A stretch of 64,000 nucleotides of DNA from a bacterium (lineage in GTDB: Bacteria; Patescibacteriota; Microgenomatia; Levybacterales; UBA12049). The DNA lies in the NCBI GenBank assembly GCA_021813145.1, contig JAKALS010000001.1, forward strand, positions 3,515 to 67,514, in the 5' to 3' direction. Made by a program: the position numbers and the translations under genes. The notes under the pieces were generated by a model that was given only the letters and a program-made list of their open reading frames with translations, did no database searches and was not told the origin of the DNA. Positions 8,715 to 19,075 of the stretch are shown in pieces. Within the stretch, counting starts at the first letter, position 1, and every line of letters begins with the position of its first letter.

Positions 8715-9554
8715 ATGTCAAATCTTGAAAGAGAAATACCCGGATACCATAGCGGCAACCGCTTAATAAGAAGAGCTTCGGAAGAGGCAGCCCGTTTCTC
8801 CTCAAGAAGACAGTTTTCCCGGGGAAGTCTTGACAATCTCGATAAAGCTGTTACTCTTTGGCAAAACGGAAAAGAGGCCTGGATTGCCTCAAACCACGAA
8901 AGCGATGCAGACGGGCCTTTGGTTGCGGTTTCCTTAAGGGACGGGGGTCACCCTGAGTTTTTGGATAAGATGTTTCTCTTAATGGGCGATAAGATTTTGA
9001 GGAAAAAGTTCAGGGGATGGGTTGCTTCAAGTTACCGCCAGGTGGTAGTTCCTCAACAGGGATCGGGAAACGGAAACACAAGAGAACTTCTAAAAACTGC
9101 AAACAATGCAATTCCGGCACTTTTAAAAGAGGGGATGGTGGCATTCAGTTTTCCCGAAGGAACAAGAAGCAGAGACGGACTTTTGCACAATGCAACTTCT
9201 GTTCTTGGGCATTACATAGGCGACGAAGCTTTTGTTTTACCAATGGCTCTTGAGGGGGCAAGGGAACTGTGGCCGGTTGAAGGTTTCCCGAATTTTGGAA
9301 GCGAGGTTACTTTTCATTTTGGAAAACCTATACTAATGACAGAAATTATTGGAGAAATAGAAGGATATGAAAAAAACTCAGGAAAAAGAGTCACAAAAAA
9401 TAAAAGGAATGAAATAATAGTGGATGTAATTATGAGAAGGGGAATTGCCCCTTTGCTTCCGGAAAGAAAAAGGGGAGAATACTCCGATTTTTCGGTGTCT
9501 GTTTCGGATTTGTTAAGAAACGGCAATCATAAACAAAAAATGCTTATTGCATAA
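8715..9554 (+). CDS. PlsC-family lysophospholipid acyltransferase-like protein
   Basis: NHESDAD (H-x4-D motif I) and FPEGTRS (motif III). Confidence 0.5.
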   Translation: MSNLEREIPGYHSGNRLIRRASEEAARFSSRRQFSRGSLDNLDKAVTLWQNGKEAWIASNHESDADGPLVAVSLRDGGHPEFLDKMFLLMGDKILRKKFRGWVASSYRQVVVPQQGSGNGNTRELLKTANNAIPALLKEGMVAFSFPEGTRSRDGLLHNATSVLGHYIGDEAFVLPMALEGARELWPVEGFPNFGSEVTFHFGKPILMTEIIGEIEGYEKNSGKRVTKNKRNEIIVDVIMRRGIAPLLPERKRGEYSDFSVSVSDLLRNGNHKQKMLIA

Positions 9555-9590
9555 ATTAATTAGTGTTGAATATAATGGGCAAAGTTATAA

Positions 9591-10280
9591 ATGAAGTATA
9601 AGGTTTCATTCAGCATAGACTTTCGAAGAAATCCCTATAGGGGAAAGTTTATTGCCCTCGAAGGAATAGACGGAAGCGGAAAAACAATACAAACCGCACG
9701 GATAGTAGAAGCTTTAAAAGAAAAAGGTTATGATGCTATCGGAATGAAAGAACCGACGGACCTTGTAATAGGAAAGTTTATAAAACAGGAAGTCCTTTCC
9801 GGAAAAATTAGCATACCTCCCGTTGCCATACAATATCTTTTCTCCGCCGACAGATCTATGCATCAGGTAGAAATAGAAAAACTTCTAAAGAAAGGAAAAA
9901 TTATAGTAAGCGACAGATACTTCTGGTCCGCGGTTTGTTACGGTATAGCGGATTTGGACCAGGTTGCGGATTATTACATAACCGTATTGTCGCTTCTTTC
10001 TCCGTATAACAGATTTTTAAAACCCGACATTACGTATTTCCTGGATATCCCTATTAAAACCGCTTTAAAAAGAATCGGTAAAAGTTCAAAGCATAACGAA
10101 ATATACGATAACGAGAAAAAACTTGTAAAAATAAAAAGAGCTTACGACTTTATCAAGAAAAAATTTGAAAAAGAGTTTGTTGCAGTTGATGCGGATAAAA
10201 CAATAGAAGAGGTCACCGATGAGCTACTAAAAAGGATAGAAAAAAGCGCCAAACGGGTTCATAAAGTTAAAAGTTCATAA
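9591..10280 (+). CDS. tmk: thymidylate (dTMP) kinase
   Basis: FIALEGIDGSGKTIQ P-loop and a DRY-like region typical of Tmk. Confidence 0.8.
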   Translation: MKYKVSFSIDFRRNPYRGKFIALEGIDGSGKTIQTARIVEALKEKGYDAIGMKEPTDLVIGKFIKQEVLSGKISIPPVAIQYLFSADRSMHQVEIEKLLKKGKIIVSDRYFWSAVCYGIADLDQVADYYITVLSLLSPYNRFLKPDITYFLDIPIKTALKRIGKSSKHNEIYDNEKKLVKIKRAYDFIKKKFEKEFVAVDADKTIEEVTDELLKRIEKSAKRVHKVKSS

Positions 10281-10283
10281 AAT

Positions 10284-10718
10284 ATGAGAGTTAAGATTAA
10301 AAGGATTGATAAAAGTATTCCTCTGCCGCAATACCATACAAAGGGCTCTGTCGGTTTTGATTTAACGGCAAGGGAAGAGGTTGAAGTTCCTCCTTTTACT
10401 ACGGCACAAATCCCCCTTAATATAATTGTCAAGGTTCCAAAGGGTTACGGTTTGTTTCTTTTTTCAAGGAGTTCTACTCCGGCCAGAAAAGGCCTTATGG
10501 TCGCAAACGGAGTAGGTGTCATAGATCAGGACTACAGCGGGGAAGACGATGAGCTTAAACTTGCTGCGCTGAATTTTACAAAGAAAAAGGTCGTTGTAGA
10601 AAAAGGGGAAAGGATATGTCAGGGGATATTTTTAAAACTTGATACGCCGCAATTTTTGGAAGTTAATAAAATGTCGGCAAAATCCAGGGGCGGTTTCGGT
10701 TCAACAGGACATAAGTAA
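10284..10718 (+). CDS. dut: dUTP diphosphatase (dUTPase)
   Basis: SRSS, GVIDQDYSGE and RGGFGSTG motifs, collinear with trimeric dUTPases. Confidence 0.85.
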   Translation: MRVKIKRIDKSIPLPQYHTKGSVGFDLTAREEVEVPPFTTAQIPLNIIVKVPKGYGLFLFSRSSTPARKGLMVANGVGVIDQDYSGEDDELKLAALNFTKKKVVVEKGERICQGIFLKLDTPQFLEVNKMSAKSRGGFGSTGHK

Positions 10719-10736
10719 GTTAAAAGTTTATAAAGT

Positions 10737-11660
10737 ATGAAGACACTTGGAGCGGAAGAACAATATCTGGAACTTCTTAAAGATATACTTAAAAACGGAA
10801 AGTATAAAGACGACAGGACAAAAACAGGTACCAAATCACTTTTCGGAAGACAGCTTAGATACGATTTATCGAAAGGTTTCCCTCTTTTAACGACTAAAAA
10901 AGTTTTCCTTAAGGGGATAATTTATGAGCTTTTGTGGTTTTTAAAAGGGGAGTCCAATATAAAATACTTGGTGGACAACGGTGTTCATATATGGGACGAA
11001 TGGCCGTACAAATATTATGTAAATAAACAAAAGTCAAAAAACAATAAACGTATTCTCACTCAGGAGGAATACGTAGAAAAAGTAAAAAAAGATAAAAATT
11101 TTGCAAAGAAATGGGCAGATTTGGGGCCGGTTTACGGAGTCCAATGGAGACACTGGAAAAAACAGGGAAGAGGAGAAGTAGATCAGATAAAGCAGGTAAT
11201 AGAGGATATTAAAAAAACTCCGTATTCAAGAAGGCTTATCGTAACCGCCTGGAACCCCGGGGAAATAGACGACATAGTAAAAAGGGAAGGGCTTCCTCCC
11301 TGCCATACGCTTTTTCAGTTTTATGTAAATAACGGTAAACTATCGGTTCAGCTTTACCAAAGAAGCGCAGATTCATTCCTTGGAGTCCCTTTTAACATTG
11401 CCTCCTATGCTCTTTTAACAATGATGATGGCCCAGGTTACAGGTTTAAAACCCGGTGAATTTGTCCACACCTTCGGCGATGTACATATTTATTCCAACCA
11501 CATAAAACAGGTAAAAGAACAGTTAAAAAGAAAACCCAAGAAGCTTCCTGTAATGAAGATAAATCCGGCTGTTAAAGACATTTCAAAATTTAAATTTGAC
11601 GACTTTACTCTTGAAGGTTACAATCCTTACCCTCCGATAAAAGCTCCGGTGGCAGTTTAG
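10737..11660 (+). CDS. thyA: thymidylate synthase
   Basis: [12 protein letters not shown] active-site Cys region, plus [10 protein letters not shown] and HTFGDVHIY. Confidence 0.9.
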   Translation: MKTLGAEEQYLELLKDILKNGKYKDDRTKTGTKSLFGRQLRYDLSKGFPLLTTKKVFLKGIIYELLWFLKGESNIKYLVDNGVHIWDEWPYKYYVNKQKSKNNKRILTQEEYVEKVKKDKNFAKKWADLGPVYGVQWRHWKKQGRGEVDQIKQVIEDIKKTPYSRRLIVTAWNPGEIDDIVKREGLPPCHTLFQFYVNNGKLSVQLYQRSADSFLGVPFNIASYALLTMMMAQVTGLKPGEFVHTFGDVHIYSNHIKQVKEQLKRKPKKLPVMKINPAVKDISKFKFDDFTLEGYNPYPPIKAPVAV

Positions 11661-11766
11661 TATTTTTTCTCACTGATTTTTATATTCCCGGTTTGTTTAA
11701 ATATATCAAGACACTAATAGAATTGAAAAATATTAATTTAAGTAATAGAATTTAAGAGTTTTAAGT

Positions 11767-12246
11767 ATGAAGGTTTCGATAATTGCCGCAATGGACGAAA
11801 ACAGGGGAATAGGAAAACTGAATAAGCTTCCCTGGCATATATCCGCAGATTTGCAGAGATTTAAGGAACTTACGACGGGGCACACAGTAATCATGGGAAG
11901 AAAAACTTTCGAATCCATAGGAAACCCCTTGCCCGACAGGAAAAATATTATTCTTACACATGATTTATCCTACAACTCTCTGGGCTGCCAAATCTCAACT
12001 TCTTTAAAGGAAGCAATAGGGATGGCGCAGGCAGCAGGGGAGACGGAAGCTTTTGTAATTGGAGGCGGAGAAGTATTTTCCCAGGCAATTATATTCGCAG
12101 ATCAGCTTTATCTCACTATCGTTAAAGGCGATTTTCATGCCGACACTTTTTTCCCCGACTATTCGGAGTTTAAGAATAAAATAGTAGATCAGGATTTAAC
12201 AGAAGGTGATTATCACTTTAAATTTTTAACCCTTGTAAGAGGTTGA
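11767..12246 (+). CDS. folA: dihydrofolate reductase
   Basis: IAAMDENRGIGKLNKLPWH, TVIMGRKTFESIG, VIGGGEVF. Confidence 0.85.
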   Translation: MKVSIIAAMDENRGIGKLNKLPWHISADLQRFKELTTGHTVIMGRKTFESIGNPLPDRKNIILTHDLSYNSLGCQISTSLKEAIGMAQAAGETEAFVIGGGEVFSQAIIFADQLYLTIVKGDFHADTFFPDYSEFKNKIVDQDLTEGDYHFKFLTLVRG

Positions 12247-12285
12247 ATTGACTTTAAAGCCTATATTAACTAGAATACTTCTCCT

Positions 12286-12972
12286 ATGCCCGAAAAAGAA
12301 CAAAATTTAAGGCTTGTTGCCGCTTCCCAAATACGTGAAATGAGAAGACTGGAAAGAGAGGAAGGTTGGGTGTTAAGCGAGCAATGGAACCGCGATGTTG
12401 TTGATTACCTCGACAGCCTTAACGGCATTTACGGATTGCTTAATTATTTAAAGGAGTTGGGTAACAGTTCCATTTTGGATATAGGAGCCGGAGGCAAGAG
12501 AGCGATTACAGAATTGGCAAAAGGAAAACTCGGAAGGGATTTTAATTTTTACGCCACGATTTTGACGGGAGATACCGGATCAGAAATTTCCAATTTAGCC
12601 TTCCGTAAAACTTCCGCTGAAGCCTTAAGGGGAATTGAAGATTCTTCGATAGGTCTTGTTTTAGCCTCAAGCTCAATAGCCTACAGTAAAGCAATGCCTC
12701 TGGTAGTTGAAAGTGTAGACAGAGTTCTAATCCCAGGAGGAGTAATAAAATCGGTTTTTAAGGAAAGCGGACAAAGTCATTCAAGGGACTTAAGACAAAC
12801 TTCCGGGGAAGCAGAAAAGCTTTTTAGCTTAAAGGGATACGATATATTTTCATCTAACGGTATTATGCTCGCGGTAAAATCGGGTTTTGCAAAAGCCAGA
12901 AGCGCTTCCTCTCTTTATAAAAGCAACAGTACTTTTATGGATATAGTTGCTCTTTATAATCAAGCTGACTGA
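12286..12972 (+). CDS. putative class I SAM-dependent methyltransferase-like protein
   Basis: ILDIGAGGKRA motif I-like glycine-rich segment. Weak otherwise. Confidence 0.35.
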   Translation: MPEKEQNLRLVAASQIREMRRLEREEGWVLSEQWNRDVVDYLDSLNGIYGLLNYLKELGNSSILDIGAGGKRAITELAKGKLGRDFNFYATILTGDTGSEISNLAFRKTSAEALRGIEDSSIGLVLASSSIAYSKAMPLVVESVDRVLIPGGVIKSVFKESGQSHSRDLRQTSGEAEKLFSLKGYDIFSSNGIMLAVKSGFAKARSASSLYKSNSTFMDIVALYNQAD

Positions 12973-13952
12973 CTTTTTGCGAATCCGTTCCTGCCGAATT
13001 CTACTTGCGGAAGGTGTTGGAAGACAGGATTTTCTTCGGCGGCAAGTTTTAAATCTTCTGTTATTTCTCCTTCCAGAAGCAGTGCATGAGCATCCGAACA
13101 AACGGCATGGCTGAAAATTGAGTCCGCGGTTACGGAATCAATGGTAATTTTTGATAATCTGTTGCAGTTATCATATTCACATGGAGAACCCCTTTTTATT
13201 TTTGCAAAAGCAATATCTCCGGCCTTTCCTTCGCCGAAATCGGCTCTTTGGAATTTTTGCAATAGGTTTCTTTCGGATAGAGTTTTTATAAATAAATCTG
13301 CTACTTTGTCTTTCGGAACAAAAGTCGTGTCTATGATTATGTCGTAAACAGGCATACCGTTTACCGCTTTTACAGAAGGATCAAAGGGATGCTGTCCGTT
13401 TAAAAGCCCAGGGTAAAGACTTTGCATTCTTGCCACGAACTCCCTATCTCTTCTTTGCGTCTCTTCAATAGACTCCTCAAGCGTAAGTGACGGGTTATCT
13501 ACTCTGTCTCTTTGCCAGACCCTCCTGTCTCTTACGTATTTATCCGCCGTTACCAATATTCTTATGATTTTTGGAGCATTATCTTGAATTCTTGCTGCGA
13601 TATCAGCCCCTATTACAGGCCCTAACCTGCTTTCAAGAATCAAGGGAAAGGAATTAGCAGATTCCTTCATTAATCTTTCTTGTTCAACATCTACATCAAA
13701 GTCTTTTTCGGGAGGAATGTTAAATAAGTCGCTCATTTCTTCCCGCATTCTTTGGCCTACTTTAACGAATTGTGTTCCGATTATGACTTCGTTTACGGCG
13801 TCTGCGGCAGATGTTTTTCCGGTTCCGGCAAAACCCGAAAAGACCACAACATCAAAATTAGGGAGATACAGCGTTCTTTCGGGCTGTAAAACTTCCTTTT
13901 TTTCCCGCGGTCTTAAAATTCCTTCTATATAGCGCATCATAAGGCACAGCAT
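12960..13952 (-). CDS. P-loop nucleotide (cytidylate-like) kinase with a C-terminal Cys-containing extension
   Basis: VVVFSGFAGTGKTS Walker A and LVTADKYVRDRRVWQRD (Cmk-like R-x-RR lid). ORF extends to 14039, but the start is more likely the internal Met codon at 13950-13952. C-terminal 130 aa (CEYDNC, HAVCSDAH) is unassigned. Confidence 0.45.
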   Translation of the reverse strand: MLCLMMRYIEGILRPREKKEVLQPERTLYLPNFDVVVFSGFAGTGKTSAADAVNEVIIGTQFVKVGQRMREEMSDLFNIPPEKDFDVDVEQERLMKESANSFPLILESRLGPVIGADIAARIQDNAPKIIRILVTADKYVRDRRVWQRDRVDNPSLTLEESIEETQRRDREFVARMQSLYPGLLNGQHPFDPSVKAVNGMPVYDIIIDTTFVPKDKVADLFIKTLSERNLLQKFQRADFGEGKAGDIAFAKIKRGSPCEYDNCNRLSKITIDSVTADSIFSHAVCSDAHALLLEGEITEDLKLAAEENPVFQHLPQVEFGRNGFAKSQSA

Positions 13953-13990
13953 TATAGGCTTTTTTAAGGCAAAACGCAAGGAACAGGGGA

Positions 13991-14893
13991 CTAATCGAGG
14001 CCCATAGCGTAATCTGTTACTTTTTGCAGCCAGGGCCACTGTTTTATTGTTTGGTCCACATTAGGATTGAAAGGCCGTAAGACCGTAGAATGTATTCCTA
14101 TATTCGAGTGGCTAATAAGATAAGAAAGGCTTTCTCTGAATCTCGGGTCCGTAGCGTCGACGGCGTCTATCGCTTTTATAGCCCCCATTCTTGAAAGCAC
14201 GCTTGTATCGAAGCCTCCTGCCACATCGGTTGGGCAAATAGCCGGATGGGCCCCGTTATATAGATATCCGGGGCTTGAAAAGAAGTCTTTAAATTCACTT
14301 ACATATCTGATAAATCCCTGCGGGGTTGAGAAATCCCTTACTGCTTGGGGATTTAGCTCTATTACACAGTTATGGTGTTTAGTGTAAAAATCTCCTGTTT
14401 TTAAGTTACGTACTCCCGAGGAGGCATTAACAAGATAATAAGGATTAAAATCTTTACCCCATTTCTCTGACATTTCTTTTGAAGCCTCGTACATTCTGGC
14501 AAAGTTTTCCCTTACCTCTTCAAGGCTTTGGGGTTTTCCTCTTCCTTGGTTTGCGGTTATTCCTCTTTCTAAAGTGAGGGGAAATGCTTCTACGTCCGCG
14601 GCGACTATAATTCCCGATTTTTCAGGGAATTCCGATAAAATTGCGCGTGCCCTTTGTGATACCGTTTCTATTTTAGCCTGCATTATCCTGTCCACGTAAT
14701 GCGTTTTTTCTTCCGGACCTGCCGGAATACTTATAACATTTGAGAATGGGAAACAGTATTTTAAAAAATGTTCGCGCCTGTGGCTTGTTCCTGCGTAGAA
14801 TATAAAATCCGGGGCACGTGTTTCGGAGGAAGGAGAATACTCCGTATGTCTTGTATCCGTTTGGGAAGGGGAGAGTCTTTCCCTAAGTGACAT
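13991..14893 (-). CDS. Maf-like nucleotide pyrophosphatase domain with a C-terminal extension
   Basis: FIFYAGTSHRREHFL resembles Maf LILAS-SPRRxELL. IIVAADVEA...RGKPQSLEE resembles Maf GADTVV...GKP. Confidence 0.4.
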   Translation of the reverse strand: MSLRERLSPSQTDTRHTEYSPSSETRAPDFIFYAGTSHRREHFLKYCFPFSNVISIPAGPEEKTHYVDRIMQAKIETVSQRARAILSEFPEKSGIIVAADVEAFPLTLERGITANQGRGKPQSLEEVRENFARMYEASKEMSEKWGKDFNPYYLVNASSGVRNLKTGDFYTKHHNCVIELNPQAVRDFSTPQGFIRYVSEFKDFFSSPGYLYNGAHPAICPTDVAGGFDTSVLSRMGAIKAIDAVDATDPRFRESLSYLISHSNIGIHSTVLRPFNPNVDQTIKQWPWLQKVTDYAMGLD

Positions 14894-14984
14894 ATATCAC
14901 AATTTAAATGTTTAGAAAAATTTTGTCAACAGTTAATTTTTGCCCTCTTGTCAAAAAAAACTTAATAGGTTTAGAATAGAGAAA

Positions 14985-16298
14985 ATGTTAAAGAATAAGG
15001 ACCCCCAAGTTTATAGTTTAATTAAAGAAGAAGAAAAAAGGCAAAGAGAAGTCCTCGAAATGATTCCTTCGGAAAACTATGCATCGGCGGAGGTTCTTGA
15101 GGCTTTGGGGACCGTTTTAAACAACAAATATTCGGAAGGGTATCCTAAAAAAAGGTATTATCAAGGAAATGCAGTAGTCGATGAAGTAGAGCTGTTAGCG
15201 CAAGAAAGAGCAAAAAAGTTGTTCGGAGTGCCTTATGTTAATGTACAGGCTCTTTCGGGTTCAGCCATGAATTTGGCGGTCTATGTTGCCCTTTTGGAGC
15301 CTTTGAAAGGGAAAATAATGGGCCTTTCCTTAGCCTCCGGCGGTCACCTTACTCATGGACAGCCCCAGTCGGCTTCGGGAAAATTTTTTGAATCCGTATT
15401 ATTCACAATAAACAAAGACGGACAGTTTGATTATGGGAAAATAGAAAAACTGGCTGTAAAAGAAAAACCTGATATCATTGTCTGCGGTTTTACTGCATAT
15501 CCGCAAGTTATAGATTTTAAAAAGTTTTCCGAAATTGCAGATAAGGTGGGTGCATATTTAATGGCGGATATTTCTCATATTGCAGGACTTGTAGTCTCCG
15601 GTGTACATCCAAGTCCTGTTCCTTTTGCACATATTATTACCACTACTACACATAAAACTCTAAGGGGGCCAAGGGGGGCTTTGATTATGGTAACCCAAAA
15701 GGGCCTTAAAAAAGACCCGGACCTGGGCAAAAAAATAGATACGGCAATTATTCCGGGGCTCCAGGGAGGGCCCCACGACAATCAGACAGCCGCCATTGCA
15801 GTTGCATTAAAAGAAGCGGCAACACCGGCATTTAAAGCCTATGGTTTTCAAATCGTAAAAAACTCAAGGGCTCTTGCAAAAGAACTTAAAAAATTTGACT
15901 TCGATTTAGTTTCGGGAGGAAGCGAAAATCACCTAATACTTATAGATTTAAGGAATAAAAACGTTAACGGAGCTATTGCCGCTTTGGCTTTAGAAGTGGC
16001 GGGAATTGTAACAAATAAAAACGGAGTTCCTAATGATTCCATGCCTCCTTTTTATCCCTCGGGGCTAAGAATCGGAACGGCAGCAATAACTACAAGGGGT
16101 TTTAGGGAAAAAGATATGGCAAAAATAGCCGGATGGATGAATGAAGCTGTGGAGGAAGCGAAAAAATACGAATTACCTAAAGATAAGGAAGAAAGAAAAG
16201 CCTACTGGAAAGATTTTAGAAAAAATATCTATAAAAACAAAAAGCTTCTTTCTATTGCTCGGGAAGTGAAGGCTTTGACCAAAAGATTTCCAATATAA
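14985..16298 (+). CDS. glyA: serine hydroxymethyltransferase
   Basis: MLKNKDPQVYSLI...EMIPSENYAS...THKTLRGPRG, collinear with SHMT. Start placed at the ATG at 14985 rather than the ORF-track start at 14940. Confidence 0.85.
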   Translation: MLKNKDPQVYSLIKEEEKRQREVLEMIPSENYASAEVLEALGTVLNNKYSEGYPKKRYYQGNAVVDEVELLAQERAKKLFGVPYVNVQALSGSAMNLAVYVALLEPLKGKIMGLSLASGGHLTHGQPQSASGKFFESVLFTINKDGQFDYGKIEKLAVKEKPDIIVCGFTAYPQVIDFKKFSEIADKVGAYLMADISHIAGLVVSGVHPSPVPFAHIITTTTHKTLRGPRGALIMVTQKGLKKDPDLGKKIDTAIIPGLQGGPHDNQTAAIAVALKEAATPAFKAYGFQIVKNSRALAKELKKFDFDLVSGGSENHLILIDLRNKNVNGAIAALALEVAGIVTNKNGVPNDSMPPFYPSGLRIGTAAITTRGFREKDMAKIAGWMNEAVEEAKKYELPKDKEERKAYWKDFRKNIYKNKKLLSIAREVKALTKRFPI

Positions 16299-16903
16299 TG
16301 GAAATTCCATCAAACTTATTACCGGAATCCATAGTAATAGACAGGGAGACAGAAGAGTTCAGGCAAAAACTTGAATCCTTTATTTCGGGTCATTCCTTTG
16401 AAGAAACTGTCTTTATTGCCGATGTTATTGCTTCTTCAAGAATAAATGCTCCCTTAAGAGTGAAGCTGCAAAGAACAACAGTTGACGGTAAAAAATTAAT
16501 GGAGAAAATGGACGGTATCGTCAGACCCTATCTTGCAGAAGAAATCCCCGTGGTAGATGAAGAAACAATTGAGCGGGGAGAAAAAATTGGAATTGCAAAG
16601 ACCGACAATATTTTTGATTATCTTTATTCGGATGCGGGAGACGAACATCCTACGGCATCGGGTGTATCTCCGGATTTAAAAGTTTATACGGAGATAATAA
16701 ACTTCAGAAATCCCCGTCCCGGTGAAAGATGGTTTTTGGCTAAAGAAGCTTATTCCGGTTTTAAGATAGATCCTGTTAAATTAAAACCAGTTGAAGTGCC
16801 CTTGGCATATAGATGGATTGCAAGGAGAGTTCCTTCCGGGAAATCAACGGGAAGAAGAAGGATAAAGCCGAGGAGCATGATTAACAGGAATAATAAAGAA
16901 TAA
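16298..16903 (+). CDS. hypothetical protein
   Basis: 201-aa ORF. Translationally coupled to glyA (ATGA overlap). Confidence 0.4.
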   Translation: MEIPSNLLPESIVIDRETEEFRQKLESFISGHSFEETVFIADVIASSRINAPLRVKLQRTTVDGKKLMEKMDGIVRPYLAEEIPVVDEETIERGEKIGIAKTDNIFDYLYSDAGDEHPTASGVSPDLKVYTEIINFRNPRPGERWFLAKEAYSGFKIDPVKLKPVEVPLAYRWIARRVPSGKSTGRRRIKPRSMINRNNKE

Positions 16904-16904
16904 T

Positions 16905-17270
16905 ATGGCAACAGAAAGCATAGCTGATAAGATATACGGGTTTGTGGAGCCTGAGGCTAAGGCGAGAAGGGATCTGGACAAAGAAATAGACAATTTTTTG
17001 ACTATGTGGGGAATTAAGCCTAACCGCAGCGGCATGGTTCATTTTAACAGAGTTGAGGCAGAGAGAAGACACATAAATGGTAGTCTTATAAGGACCTTAA
17101 AAATTACCGATCAAGGCGGATTTCATACCTATACATCTTCGGGTTTGGTTGTAAAACATACCTTTAAGGGCTTCGACGGGGAAGCGGAAAAACAGGAAGT
17201 TTTAAATGCCAGCGGAATAAAAGAGGCACAGGATTATCTGGCATCGGTAAACGAGAGGAGATTTAAATAA
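16905..17270 (+). CDS. hypothetical protein
   Basis: 121-aa ORF abutting the neighbouring ORFs. Confidence 0.35.
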   Translation: MATESIADKIYGFVEPEAKARRDLDKEIDNFLTMWGIKPNRSGMVHFNRVEAERRHINGSLIRTLKITDQGGFHTYTSSGLVVKHTFKGFDGEAEKQEVLNASGIKEAQDYLASVNERRFK

Positions 17271-17573
17271 ATGTCTGCAGAGCGCTCTGCTGCTAAATGG
17301 AGGGATTCCCAGGCAATAAGAACATTTCTTCGAAGAAGAAGATTAAAAGATCAAGAAGAAAGAGCAAGGCAAGAAATAGAATCATTCAGGCGAGAACGGA
17401 TTCCGGACAATGTTATTTTTCTTGCTGGGGTAAGGCGTAAGTATAAAGGGACAATGGCGACGGAGGAGGATATAAAAAGGCGTATGCGGGAGCAAAATGA
17501 AACTTGTGTAATCGTAGAGCACTTGGGACAGATGACTCCTCAGCGGAATAGGTATAAATTTAATCACCTGTAG
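17271..17573 (+). CDS. hypothetical basic protein
   Basis: 100-aa Arg/Lys-rich ORF. Confidence 0.3.
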   Translation: MSAERSAAKWRDSQAIRTFLRRRRLKDQEERARQEIESFRRERIPDNVIFLAGVRRKYKGTMATEEDIKRRMREQNETCVIVEHLGQMTPQRNRYKFNHL

Positions 17574-17594
17574 GAAATAGTCAGCCTTTATTGA

Positions 17595-18347
17595 TTATCT
17601 TCCGCCGAATCTCCTCTGTCTTTGCGAATACTCTTTTAAGGCGAGAATTATGTCGCTTTTGCCAAGTTCCGGAAGATTCTTTTCTACAGAAACAAATTCG
17701 GCAAGTGAGCCTAAGGGTCCGAATCCGGAAGTTCTTTTTTCGCCGCTAGTTCTTAGAATCATATCAAACATGGGTAACCCGTTATTTATTTTTGTTAAAA
17801 GCTCGTAAGTTGTAGAAAACCCGTCTTTGTTTCTGGCAAGAGCAAATTCTTCCAACTGGAATCTTTCCCCGTAATCAAGGAAAAGTACAAGAGTTTTATC
17901 TCTAAGCCTTGAAGTTTCTTTTTGTGCTTTTTCTATAGTCTTGTAAAGTTTGGGATAGTTCTTTTTTATTTTGTCTTTTTTGCCAATAACCATGAACCTG
18001 ACTCCATTTTTTTTAAGTCTCTCCAGATTTTGATCTATCGTAGCTTTTACAACCGTCATTATATTATCTATTTCTTCCTGGGGCCTTTTCCAGTTATCTT
18101 CCGAAAATCCCCATACGCCTACAACTTTTATATTGAGATTCATGAAAGCTTCAAGAATTTTTCCCATTGTAAGCCCGCCCATTTTATGGCCTTCTTCGAT
18201 TGTTAATCCGCTTTGTTTTGCCCATCTTCCGTTCCCGTCGGGAATTATTAATAAAGAGTTTGGGAGGTTAAGTTTATTAAGGCCCTGAATGCCTAAGCGG
18301 GTAGTATGGTGAGCAATTCTTTCTTTGAGTCGTTTATGAGTATTCAT
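17595..18347 (-). CDS. uppS: undecaprenyl-diphosphate synthase (cis-isoprenyl transferase)
   Basis: IIPDGNGRWA, FSEDNWKRP, RTSGEKRTSGF motifs. Confidence 0.85.
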   Translation of the reverse strand: MNTHKRLKERIAHHTTRLGIQGLNKLNLPNSLLIIPDGNGRWAKQSGLTIEEGHKMGGLTMGKILEAFMNLNIKVVGVWGFSEDNWKRPQEEIDNIMTVVKATIDQNLERLKKNGVRFMVIGKKDKIKKNYPKLYKTIEKAQKETSRLRDKTLVLFLDYGERFQLEEFALARNKDGFSTTYELLTKINNGLPMFDMILRTSGEKRTSGFGPLGSLAEFVSVEKNLPELGKSDIILALKEYSQRQRRFGGR

Positions 18348-18436
18348 GATATCACCACGGATTTTGATTTTACCACAAAATTAAAAGCAGAATCAATTAT
18401 TTGACATTTTGAACGGGGCTTATGATAATTATTTAA

Positions 18437-19075
18437 GTGGATAAGATTTTAGGTTCTTTTGAAGAGAAGTCTCCGGGGCAAAAAATATTAATAACTTTAG
18501 GCATCAGCCTTTTGCTCATAGTATTCCTGGCGGCTTCATATATTTTTACGACGCCAAAGCAAAACAATACGGAGCAACCCTCTACTTCAGAGGCACAAAT
18601 TCCTCAGACATCATCTTTTCCGGTAAATAATCCTGCTTCTCAGAAAAATAAAACTTATACAAGCCCCTATTTTTCGGTAAGTTATCCATCCTCGTATAGC
18701 TATCAAGAGGGCCAGGTCGAGGGAGACTCGCAGTCTTTTTCTCTTTTACTTAAACCTGCTGTTACAAATCAGGAAAAACCTGTTATAGAATTTCAGATTT
18801 ATGGCCCGGGATTGGCTTCTCAAAGCGCAATAGAAAGTGTTTTTACAGCGCTAAATTACAAAAAGAGTAACGCAACGGTTTCGGGAATTACGGCCGTAAT
18901 GTATAAGGGGTCCGTTCCAAGCGGAAATCTTACCCTAAGCGAAGAGGCAGTTGTTTTTACTTATTTGAACAGGGTATATAAAGTCCAGTTAACTTATACG
19001 GGTAAAGAGGATACGGGTCTTGAGAATATTTTTTCTTCTGTTGTTTCCGCCATCAAGTTGCCGTCAGGTTTTTAA
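18437..19075 (+). CDS. hypothetical signal-anchored extracytoplasmic protein
   Basis: N-terminal transmembrane segment LITLGISLLLIVFLAASYIF followed by a Ser/Thr-rich region. Confidence 0.4.
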   Translation: MDKILGSFEEKSPGQKILITLGISLLLIVFLAASYIFTTPKQNNTEQPSTSEAQIPQTSSFPVNNPASQKNKTYTSPYFSVSYPSSYSYQEGQVEGDSQSFSLLLKPAVTNQEKPVIEFQIYGPGLASQSAIESVFTALNYKKSNATVSGITAVMYKGSVPSGNLTLSEEAVVFTYLNRVYKVQLTYTGKEDTGLENIFSSVVSAIKLPSGF

